IMG/VR virus record: IMGVR_UViG_3300037461_000157
Coordinates: 1 to 31,228 of that record
From: a virus
Taxonomy: Duplodnaviria > Caudoviricetes
Reading direction: 5' to 3' (one strand)
DNA length: 31,228 nucleotides
Part shown: positions 24,724 to 30,878 of the stretch, piece by piece
Layout: the number at the start of each line of letters is the position of its first letter
Position numbering within the stretch: position 1 is the first letter of the stretch
Notes under the pieces: model-generated
Database searches by the model: none
What the model saw: only the letters and a program-made list of their open reading frames with translations
Told to the model about the DNA's origin: nothing
Position numbers and translations under genes: made by a program

Positions 24724-25758
24724 CTACTCGCCCTCGGGGACCGGACCCCACTGCTCCAGCCATTTGCCGGTGCGGCGGTAGTAGCGGAGGCGGACAGCGT
24801 CGTTGCGAGCCTGCCGCCGGTCCTCTCGAGCCGCGGACCACTCGGGATGGGCCTTGTCGGCGGCCGTCCAGAGCCGCAGGGCGCGGGCGCGAGCGGCCTT
24901 CCTGGTCGAGTGCTCGACGACGCGGACCGGCTTCCACTGCGTGACCTTGGCCGTGCCGGACCGGGCGCCTGGGCCGTAGGGCTGGTAGATGCCGCTCGCG
25001 TACTTGCCTTCGGCGAGCGTCTCGGTTGTCCAGAAGAACATCGCGCCGTCTGGCGACTGCCAGTAGCGGTAGCGCGGTTGGCGAGCGGGCGTGAACAGGG
25101 CACGGAGTGTCGGGTCGCTGTTGACGAAGCTCGCGAGGTCCTCTTGGAACGATGCCATGGCGTCTCCCTTCTGTTGCGGTTGTCTACACTAAGCGTAACA
25201 CCACTGTCAAATCTACATGCAAGTCTGCACCGGTCGTCGGCGGCAGCTTCGACTCCCCGAGCTGCGCTGGAGAGCATCCCGGCTGTCTCCCGGCCGGTTG
25301 GGCAGGTCACCCTCGATGATCCAGCGCAGCTCGGGCAGCCGGACCAAGCGAAAGCGGTCATCCCGGCGCCCGACGACCGGCCCAAGGGTCCCGGTCGGAT
25401 CACACCACCTCGGCCGGCGATCGGGATACGGCCCGCGCCGACCGAGGAGCCCCGCACCGCGCTAGTCCTGCGGGGCATCGCTTCCTTCGTCGGCCCCGGC
25501 TACGGGCCGCGCTACCTCGCCCTGCCGGACGGCCCCGGCGTCACCGTGTACATCTGCGGCCCCGTGGCGTGCGTGGTGCGGACCTCGACCGACGCCGGAC
25601 CCGACCTCGCCATGCAGCGTGCCGGCCGCGTGGCCGACCTGTCGTTCGCGGACTTCCGGCGAGTCTGCGGCTGTGACCCGTGGGCCGTGGGGCTGGTCCG
25701 CGTCACCGTCGCGCCCATCCCCGCCCCGCCCGTGACCAGCACGAAGGAGACGCCATGA
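24349..25758 (+). CDS. Membrane protein (DUF5658-like, 3 TM) joined in frame to a C-terminal RlpA-like double-psi beta-barrel
   Basis: N-terminal ADLLT...AEQNPVM...LK and three hydrophobic helices; C-terminal G.AS...ALP.G.G..V.IC...TDAGP...RVADLS..DF...GLVRV; ~280-aa linker between them. Confidence 0.6.
   Translation: MTALVAAAMLADLLTFAAVIETVGIGAEQNPVMASGYTQGGIVAVAALKLTALAAIVLLVARVRRPRLRVLAAGIAIVVGVTGAASNVTAWAQTSGQGNPAAGGAGAAVAAGPAEVDPAVDASAHLLALGDRTPLLQPFAGAAVVAEADSVVASLPPVLSSRGPLGMGLVGGRPEPQGAGASGLPGRVLDDADRLPLRDLGRAGPGAWAVGLVDAARVLAFGERLGCPEEHRAVWRLPVAVARLASGREQGTECRVAVDEAREVLLERCHGVSLLLRLSTLSVTPLSNLHASLHRSSAAASTPRAALESIPAVSRPVGQVTLDDPAQLGQPDQAKAVIPAPDDRPKGPGRITPPRPAIGIRPAPTEEPRTALVLRGIASFVGPGYGPRYLALPDGPGVTVYICGPVACVVRTSTDAGPDLAMQRAGRVADLSFADFRRVCGCDPWAVGLVRVTVAPIPAPPVTSTKETP
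24724..25158 (-). CDS. Hypothetical protein (144 aa), first gene of the leftward unit
   Basis: GAAGGGAG RBS; aromatic-rich, natural-looking sequence; GC3-biased codons on the minus strand. Confidence 0.8.
   Translation of the reverse strand: MASFQEDLASFVNSDPTLRALFTPARQPRYRYWQSPDGAMFFWTTETLAEGKYASGIYQPYGPGARSGTAKVTQWKPVRVVEHSTRKAARARALRLWTAADKAHPEWSAAREDRRQARNDAVRLRYYRRTGKWLEQWGPVPEGE
25181..25210 (-). promoter_or_regulatory. Probable leftward promoter
   Basis: TTGACA(25210-25205)-18 bp-TAGACA in an AT-rich island; shares GTGTAGA with the 24336 promoter; imperfect -10. Confidence 0.55.
25230..25380 (+). ncRNA. Unclassified structured RNA element (multi-way junction)
   Basis: Nested perfect inverted repeats 25230-25240/25370-25380 (11 bp) and 25256-25271/25320-25335 (16 bp), plus a GC-GAAA-GC capped hairpin 25338-25367. 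Confidence 0.6.
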
Positions 25759-25847
25759 CCGACTTTGCCAAGGGGATGCTCGCAGGAGGCGCCGCGGTGG
25801 CGATCGGCGCGGTAATGGCAACCCTTCTCGCGCTGGTGCTCCGATGA
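25755..25847 (+). CDS. 30-aa single-TM protein (MTDFAKGMLAGGAAVAIGAVMATLLALVLR)
   Basis: AAGGAG RBS; ATGA overlaps at both ends. Confidence 0.65.
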   Translation: MTDFAKGMLAGGAAVAIGAVMATLLALVLR

Positions 25848-26047
25848 CCGACAACGGCATCGCCCCGATCCACGACCGGCGCGACGAGGAGCCGATCCGT
25901 CGTTGGGAAGATCGCTGCGACTTCATCGCGCCAACCGGGACCATCGCCCCGGACCTCATCTGTGATAGGCCACGCGGCCATGCGGGGATGCACACGGGCA
26001 GACTGGTGCGGGACCGGCGCGTCGTGGGCTACGGGAGGCTCCGATGA
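25844..26047 (+). CDS. Small Cys/His motif protein
   Basis: C...C.RPRGHAGMH motif; ATGA-coupled. Confidence 0.6.
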   Translation: MTDNGIAPIHDRRDEEPIRRWEDRCDFIAPTGTIAPDLICDRPRGHAGMHTGRLVRDRRVVGYGRLR

Positions 26048-26391
26048 GCGACGACAACGGATTGTCGGCGCTGGCTGCGGCGCTGCACCGCGAGTGGTTG
26101 CTGCGCCCTCACCGCCTCCCCGAAGCCGCCGCCATCCTCGGTGAGCGCGGGGTGTTTCTGCCAAATGGGCTGCGGAGCGTCGAGATCTACAACCATTGGG
26201 CGGTCCAACTGGACGACCAAGCCGCCACCATCGCCACCCTCCGCGCCGCGCTGGACGGGCTGGTGGAGGCGGCTGAGGCATACATCACGGCGCTGGATGC
26301 GGACCTATACCGACCGGGAACGCCCGAAGACTGGTGGAACCGGGAGGCAGCCCTAGCCGCCCTCCGCGCCGCGCTGGAGGCTGAACGATGA
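26044..26391 (+). CDS. Hypothetical coiled-coil protein
   Basis: GGGAGG RBS; ATGA-coupled; IATLRAAL repeats. Confidence 0.65.
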   Translation: MSDDNGLSALAAALHREWLLRPHRLPEAAAILGERGVFLPNGLRSVEIYNHWAVQLDDQAATIATLRAALDGLVEAAEAYITALDADLYRPGTPEDWWNREAALAALRAALEAER

Positions 26392-26696
26392 CTGGATCGT
26401 GTATTCACGGCATCCCGTGGGACGCTGGCTGCACGCTCTGTGGCCGGAACACCCTACCGGGGGTCAACCTCTACAACACGACTTGCGTCCACGGCCTCGA
26501 CCTTCGGCTGGTGCCGCGCTGCTACCTCTGCAAGCCCGAACTCGACTTGTCGGCTGTCGTCTCGGGGACGGACTACACCGATCTCCTGCTCCTGATCGCA
26601 GAGTGCCTCGTGGTACTCGCATGGAGGGCAGAACCGGATGCCGGGGCGCGTCAGTCGCGGCTGCACGCGATCCGTGCCGCGAAGGAGACGCCATGA
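26388..26696 (+). CDS. Hypothetical protein with two CxHG..CxxC motifs
   Basis: GGAGG RBS; CIHG...CTLC and CVHG...CYLC. Confidence 0.65.
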   Translation: MTGSCIHGIPWDAGCTLCGRNTLPGVNLYNTTCVHGLDLRLVPRCYLCKPELDLSAVVSGTDYTDLLLLIAECLVVLAWRAEPDAGARQSRLHAIRAAKETP

Positions 26697-26818
26697 CCCG
26701 CCTCGACCGTTGCCGGATCGGGAAGCACATCTGGCAGCCGTGGACCCGGACGGACGGCACCGAGAGCGGCTGGTGGTGGTGCTTCCGTTGCCATGCCACG
26801 AGCGAGGGGACGCCATGA
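26693..26818 (+). CDS. 41-aa zinc-finger-like protein
   Basis: AAGGAG RBS; C..GKHIW...CFRC; ATGA overlaps at both ends. Confidence 0.65.
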   Translation: MTRLDRCRIGKHIWQPWTRTDGTESGWWWCFRCHATSEGTP

Positions 26819-27096
26819 CCCGCCTCGCCCTCTCATGGCTCGGCGCCCTCGTCGTCATCGCCTGGGCCGTGGCGACGGCATGGGCCTTCATCCATGCCGC
26901 GATGCGCCGGGATGACGATGTTCCGACCTACCGCGAGCCGGAGGATGGCGTGCAGCCGTGGGACCCCGAGACGATCCGGCGCATGACGTTCGGCGGCGGA
27001 TCGGCCACGATCGTCAGCGACAACCTGACGACCTCCGACGCGGCCGATGCGACGCTCTGGTTCGACTGGCGCGCGGAGCGGGCCCAACTGACGTGA
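26815..27096 (+). CDS. Membrane-anchored hypothetical protein
   Basis: N-terminal hydrophobic helix; ATGA-coupled. Confidence 0.65.
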   Translation: MTRLALSWLGALVVIAWAVATAWAFIHAAMRRDDDVPTYREPEDGVQPWDPETIRRMTFGGGSATIVSDNLTTSDAADATLWFDWRAERAQLT

Positions 27097-27512
27097 CCGA
27101 CGACCCCGCGGTCCTCACGCCGCTGGAGGTCGGCCGCATCCTGCGCGTCTCGGACGTGACCGTGCGCCGGATGATCACCCGCGGCGTCCTGCCGCGCATC
27201 GCCGGGGTCCGGGTCGTGCTCATCCCGCGCCGCGCCGTCGACCGCCTTCTTTTGGGAGAGTACGATTGGCAATCCGATGAGCCGAGAGAAAGGCACCGGG
27301 ACGATCGTCCCGACGAAGACGCCGGCCGGGGCGGATCGCTGGCGGATCGCCGTGACGATGGCGGACGGCCGGCGAGTCTGGCGGACTGCGAAGAGCCCGA
27401 AGGAAGCCGAGCGCATCCGCAAGGCGCTCGTCGACGCCCGCGAGCTCGACCTCGACCCCACGCGGCAGACCCTCGCGGACTACCTCCGGTCATGGATCGG
27501 GAGCCTGCGTGA
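27093..27512 (+). CDS. xis: Excisionase / recombination directionality factor (HTH_17)
   Basis: GTG start; VLTPLEVGRILRVSDVTVRRMITRGVLP...VLIPRRAVDRLL; immediately upstream of int; frame runs 236 nt into int. Confidence 0.75.
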   Translation: MTDDPAVLTPLEVGRILRVSDVTVRRMITRGVLPRIAGVRVVLIPRRAVDRLLLGEYDWQSDEPRERHRDDRPDEDAGRGGSLADRRDDGGRPASLADCEEPEGSRAHPQGARRRPRARPRPHAADPRGLPPVMDREPA

Positions 27513-28371
27513 TGGCCGTCGCGTCCGTCCCCGGACGGTGGAGTCCTACGCGATGATCGTCGAGCGGCACATCGTCCCGGCGCTCGGCGGATACAAGCTC
27601 GCCGCTATCACCCCGCGCCGCATCCAGGGCTGGATCGACGCGCATCCCGGCGCCCCGCGCACCGTCCTGCTCCACCATGCCGTCCTGCGTCGCGCCCTCG
27701 GAGTGGCCGTCCGCCAGCGGCTCTTGCCGTGGAACCCGGCGATGGCCGTCGACCTCCCCCGCCCGCGCACCGACGTGGCCCGGCCCCTGACGCTCGAGGA
27801 AGCCCACCGACTGCTCACCGCCACCAGCGGCGACCGGTTGCACGCGCTCTGGCGGCTGGCGATCGTCACCGGCCTGCGGGAGAGCGAGCTGCTCGGCCTC
27901 GCGTGGGACGACGTGGGCGGCGCGACGATCACGGTCGGCCACCAGCTCCAGCGCATCGGTCGGGCGTGGGCCCGCGTCGCGCCCAAGGCGGCTCGCACCC
28001 TGACCCGCGTGGCGCTCGACCCCGCTACAAGCATGGTTCTCGAGGCTCATCGCCTGCGGATGGCCGGGGAGCGGACGCCTGAGTGGACGTACTTCGGCCT
28101 GGTCTTCGTCACCGAGCGCGGGCAGCCGTTCCACCGGCCCATGATCCTGCGCGAGTTCCACGCGGCCTGCGACGCGGCCGGGATCGAGCGGCGACGGTTT
28201 CACGACATCCGACACAGCACGGCGCACCTGATGAACGACCTCGGCGTGGACGAGAAGACGCGGATGGCCCGGCTCGGCCACTCGACGGTGAGCATGAGCC
28301 GCCACTACAGCGGCGCCAGCGAGGCGCAGGACCGGCTGGCGGTGGAGAGGTTGGGGGAGGCGCTGGGATGA
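27277..28371 (+). CDS. int: Tyrosine integrase
   Basis: TGLRESELLGL (R), FHDIRH (HxxR), RLGH, SRHY (Y); SAM-like N-terminal domain. Confidence 0.96.
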   Translation: MSREKGTGTIVPTKTPAGADRWRIAVTMADGRRVWRTAKSPKEAERIRKALVDARELDLDPTRQTLADYLRSWIGSLRDGRRVRPRTVESYAMIVERHIVPALGGYKLAAITPRRIQGWIDAHPGAPRTVLLHHAVLRRALGVAVRQRLLPWNPAMAVDLPRPRTDVARPLTLEEAHRLLTATSGDRLHALWRLAIVTGLRESELLGLAWDDVGGATITVGHQLQRIGRAWARVAPKAARTLTRVALDPATSMVLEAHRLRMAGERTPEWTYFGLVFVTERGQPFHRPMILREFHAACDAAGIERRRFHDIRHSTAHLMNDLGVDEKTRMARLGHSTVSMSRHYSGASEAQDRLAVERLGEALG

Positions 28372-28640
28372 CGGCTGAGATGGTCCGCTGGCAGCCGACC
28401 ACGCTGCCCGATGGCTGGGTCGTCACGAGCATTGAGGCGCATGTGGAAGGCCGGGAAATGCACCTGACCACTTACCGCTTCCGCATCCGCCTGGTACACA
28501 AGTGGGGCTGGGCCTTCGAGTTCGAGATCCACGATCCGGCCACCATCAACGAGGCCGGACTGGCCGGCCTGCTCGACGCCTTGGCACATGCGAACACGGG
28601 CGTTTCGTCGGCATATGCAGAGTGGATCGGGTGCCGGTAA
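28368..28640 (+). CDS. Hypothetical protein
   Basis: GGGAGG RBS; ATGA overlap with int. Confidence 0.55.
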   Translation: MTAEMVRWQPTTLPDGWVVTSIEAHVEGREMHLTTYRFRIRLVHKWGWAFEFEIHDPATINEAGLAGLLDALAHANTGVSSAYAEWIGCR

Positions 28641-28738
28641 TGGATGAGATCAAAGCGCTGGTCGGTAGGCACTGGGTGCTCGACGGGCATCGCGCTGTCC
28701 GCGCTACCTTGCACGAGTGGGGGCTCCCGGCTGAATAG
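28640..28738 (+). CDS. 32-aa ORF, possibly the frameshifted tail of the previous gene
   Basis: TAATG overlap; no clear RBS. Confidence 0.3.
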   Translation: MDEIKALVGRHWVLDGHRAVRATLHEWGLPAE

Positions 28739-28899
28739 TTGCTCCATCGTTGCTCGCGGCCCGTCCTGAGCACGCCCTACCCGAAGTAGAAGTTGCGTGT
28801 TGCGGGGTCGTTTCGACCCCTGACCGCTTGTCCTGAGCACGAATAGGCCGCAAGAGATCAGACAAGATCAACTGAGTCTGTTGCACTGATCGTTGCTCG
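28738..28899. other. Putative attP region
   Basis: Non-coding and downstream of int; paired arm-type repeats GTTGCTCCATCGTTGCTCG (28738-28756) and GTTGCACTGATCGTTGCTCG (28880-28899); GTCCTGAGCACG x2; AGATCA x2 at 10-bp spacing. Confidence 0.7.
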
Positions 28900-28934
28900 G
28901 GCGCACGCTTACACGGTGTCGAACCTCCCCGCCC

Positions 28935-28981
28935 TCGCTGACGCTGCCCGCGGTGCCCAATTCGCCGCGGGCGCTCGGCGA
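28935..28981 (+). promoter_or_regulatory. Long hairpin in the leader of the lysis/packaging operon
   Basis: GCCCGCGGTG/CGCCGCGGGC (28946-28955/28963-28972) extended by TCGCTGA/TCGGCGA. Confidence 0.45.
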
Positions 28982-28995
28982 CCGGCCCGCCGCGC

Positions 28996-29313
28996 ATGAC
29001 CAGTCCGATGCCGGATCTCGGCGGCACCACCACCGAACGCCTCGGCCGGCTGGAGGACAAGCTCGACACGGTAGCCGTCGAGGTCTGCCAGCTCCGCGAT
29101 CACGTCAACGGGCTGCAACAGGCCGAGGATCGCCGCTTCACCGATCGCCTCCTGCCTGACCGCGTCCGGGCGCTCGAGGACCAGATGCTCCAGACGCGGG
29201 TCTATCTCTCCCAGGCGAAGTGGGCCGTGGCGGTCGCGGCAGGAGCGCTCATTGCCGGTGTGATCAACATGGGCCTGACGCTCCTGATCCTCTCGGCGGG
29301 GCACGGATCGTGA
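28996..29313 (+). CDS. Coiled-coil plus C-terminal TM protein (lysis-cassette membrane protein)
   Basis: RLGRLEDKLD, RVRALE coiled-coil then one TM helix; location. Confidence 0.65.
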   Translation: MTSPMPDLGGTTTERLGRLEDKLDTVAVEVCQLRDHVNGLQQAEDRRFTDRLLPDRVRALEDQMLQTRVYLSQAKWAVAVAAGALIAGVINMGLTLLILSAGHGS

Positions 29314-29651
29314 CCATCCTGCCTGACCACGTCGACTCGTTCCTGCGGGCGATCGTCAAGCCCGAGCAACCTGTGAGCGTGCGCGAGGTCGCGCTGTTGC
29401 TGGGGGTCCACGGCAACACCGTCAAACGGATCAGCCCCGCGGCCCTGCCGTACTTCCGGGTCGGCTCTCGCGGGGACCGCCGCTACCAGCGCGACGACGT
29501 GCGGGCCTACATCCACTCACGGGCCGAGCGCAGCAGCGTACCACCGTGCGAGTGCGGCGTTTGCCGATGCCCATTCCCGTGCAAGCCCGGAGCTACCCGC
29601 GACGGACTGGCGATCTGCTGGCGCTGCAAGGAAGGGAGGCACAGCCAATGA
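29310..29651 (+). CDS. BldC-like HTH_17 protein with Cys-rich C-terminus
   Basis: GTG start; VSVREVALLLGVHGNTVKR...RVGSRGDRRY..DDV; CECGVCRC...CWRC. Confidence 0.75.
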   Translation: MTILPDHVDSFLRAIVKPEQPVSVREVALLLGVHGNTVKRISPAALPYFRVGSRGDRRYQRDDVRAYIHSRAERSSVPPCECGVCRCPFPCKPGATRDGLAICWRCKEGRHSQ

Positions 29652-29740
29652 CCGATAGCGTGCGGGCCTTCACGCTGGGCGGCCTCTGGGTGCTGCTCTG
29701 GGGCGGGCTGGCCGTCATCGTCACGAGGGTGCTGCAATGA
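29648..29740 (+). CDS. 30-aa single-TM protein
   Basis: GGGAGG RBS; ATGA overlaps at both ends; MTDSVRAFTLGGLWVLLWGGLAVIVTRVLQ. Confidence 0.65.
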   Translation: MTDSVRAFTLGGLWVLLWGGLAVIVTRVLQ

Positions 29741-30441
29741 CCGAGTTCAGCCTGGGCGCGCTTCCCAGCCCGCCCGACCCGCGCGACTGGCCGCTTGTCC
29801 GGGCGCCCGGCTACGCGGCCGCGCCCACGGCGTTCGCCGCTTCCTACACCCTGCCTCCGCTGGTGCCGGTCGCGCTGAACCAGATGAACGACCCGGTGTC
29901 GGGCGGCTGCGTCCCGTTCAGCACCACGACCATGAAGCAGTACCAGGAACGCCTGCAGACGGGCAAGTGGTACTACGACGACGCCAGCGCCATCAGGCTC
30001 CACGCCCGCTGCAAGCAGCTCGACGGCATCCCCAACCTCGAAGGCACCTACCCGCGCGTCGCGCTGCAGGTCGCCAAGGAAGAGGGCATCCGGGCGGTCA
30101 ACGGACACAGGTACCTGATCGCCTCGTACTACTCGCTGGCGGGCGACGCGCTGGACAACATCAAACGGACGCTCACCTACTACCACCGGCCCGTGCTCCT
30201 GGCGACGACCTGGTACTCGAACTGGTTCGGCCTCGGACGCAACTACACGCTCAAGCCGCCCAACGGGCAGGAGGTCGGCGGCCACCAGTTCATGGTCTAC
30301 GGCTACACGACCGTGGCGGACGGCTCCACGCACCTGCACTGCGTCAACTCGTGGGGCACGGGCTGGGGCAGCAAGGGCCGCTTCAACATGCCGTGGCAAT
30401 ACGTCCAGGCGTGGGACGTCTGGGCCAGCATCGATCGTTAG
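29737..30441 (+). CDS. Papain-like cysteine peptidase (family C1), putative endolysin
   Basis: PSPPDPRDW, oxyanion NQ...GGCVPF (catalytic Cys), GGHQF (His), NSWGTGWG.KG (Asn). Confidence 0.9.
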   Translation: MTEFSLGALPSPPDPRDWPLVRAPGYAAAPTAFAASYTLPPLVPVALNQMNDPVSGGCVPFSTTTMKQYQERLQTGKWYYDDASAIRLHARCKQLDGIPNLEGTYPRVALQVAKEEGIRAVNGHRYLIASYYSLAGDALDNIKRTLTYYHRPVLLATTWYSNWFGLGRNYTLKPPNGQEVGGHQFMVYGYTTVADGSTHLHCVNSWGTGWGSKGRFNMPWQYVQAWDVWASIDR

Positions 30442-30450
30442 GAGAACGTC

Positions 30451-30783
30451 ATGCCGACCGACGAGACAACCCTCACTCTCGCCCTCGTCCTGACAGCCGG
30501 CGGGGCAGTGCTTGCCTCGGGCCTCGTCACGGGCATCGTCCAGATCCTGAAGCAGCTCGGCACGTTCCTCGACGGCAGGGAGCGGCTCGCCGCGTTCCTG
30601 CTCTCGGCCCTGCTCGTCATCATCGCGTTCGCTTCGGGCGTGAGCGACGGCACCCTGACCATCCAGATCCCGACCCTGTTCGCCGCGTTCCTCGCGTGGT
30701 ACGGGATCGCCCGCCTCTCCATGGCGGTCTATGCCGACGTCACCAAGGAGCCCAACAGCCTCACGGGGAACACGATCAAGTGA
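30451..30783 (+). CDS. Putative holin
   Basis: AGGAG RBS; three TM helices; VQILK and YADVTK motifs; follows the peptidase. Confidence 0.7.
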   Translation: MPTDETTLTLALVLTAGGAVLASGLVTGIVQILKQLGTFLDGRERLAAFLLSALLVIIAFASGVSDGTLTIQIPTLFAAFLAWYGIARLSMAVYADVTKEPNSLTGNTIK

Positions 30784-30878
30784 AGCGCTCCTGCCGCTGC
30801 CTGGGCTGCTCGCACTGCAAGACGTGGCATCGCCCCGTCTGCAAGGTGGCGGGCTGCGGCTGCGCGGTGTTCATGTGA
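30780..30878 (+). CDS. 32-aa Cys-rich peptide
   Basis: GTGA overlaps at both ends; MKRSCRCLGCSHCKTWHRPVCKVAGCGCAVFM. Confidence 0.55.
   Translation: MKRSCRCLGCSHCKTWHRPVCKVAGCGCAVFM

Noticed and set aside
25274-25310. Resemblance of TCCCGGCTGTCTCCCGGCCGGTTGGGCAG to the HDV ribozyme core
   Set aside because: No upstream G-initiated P1 strand and no downstream P2 partner; the nested double pseudoknot cannot be built.
25336-25369. Group II intron domain V similarity (AGCCGG...GAAA...CCGGC)
   Set aside because: Bulge sizes are wrong (AA and a 4-nt bulge), and no other intron domains, 5' GUGYG context or maturase were found.
25213-25465. Extra ORFs over the structured element (25217-25465 plus; stop-free minus frame 25461-25213)
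   Set aside because: The plus ORF lacks SD and promoter support; the minus frame has no supported start; both contain RLPELRW only because of the 16-bp inverted repeat.
27244-27280. Frameshift producing an Xis-Int fusion at CTTCTTTTGGGA
   Set aside because: Int is in the +1 frame, there is no canonical shift signal, and int has its own ATG with a plausible promoter.
28800-28845. tRNA or tmRNA fragment at the attP hairpin GGGGTCGTTTCGACCCC
   Set aside because: The loop does not match the TTCRANT T-loop, and there is no acceptor stem or CCA on either strand; no tRNA genes were found in the window.
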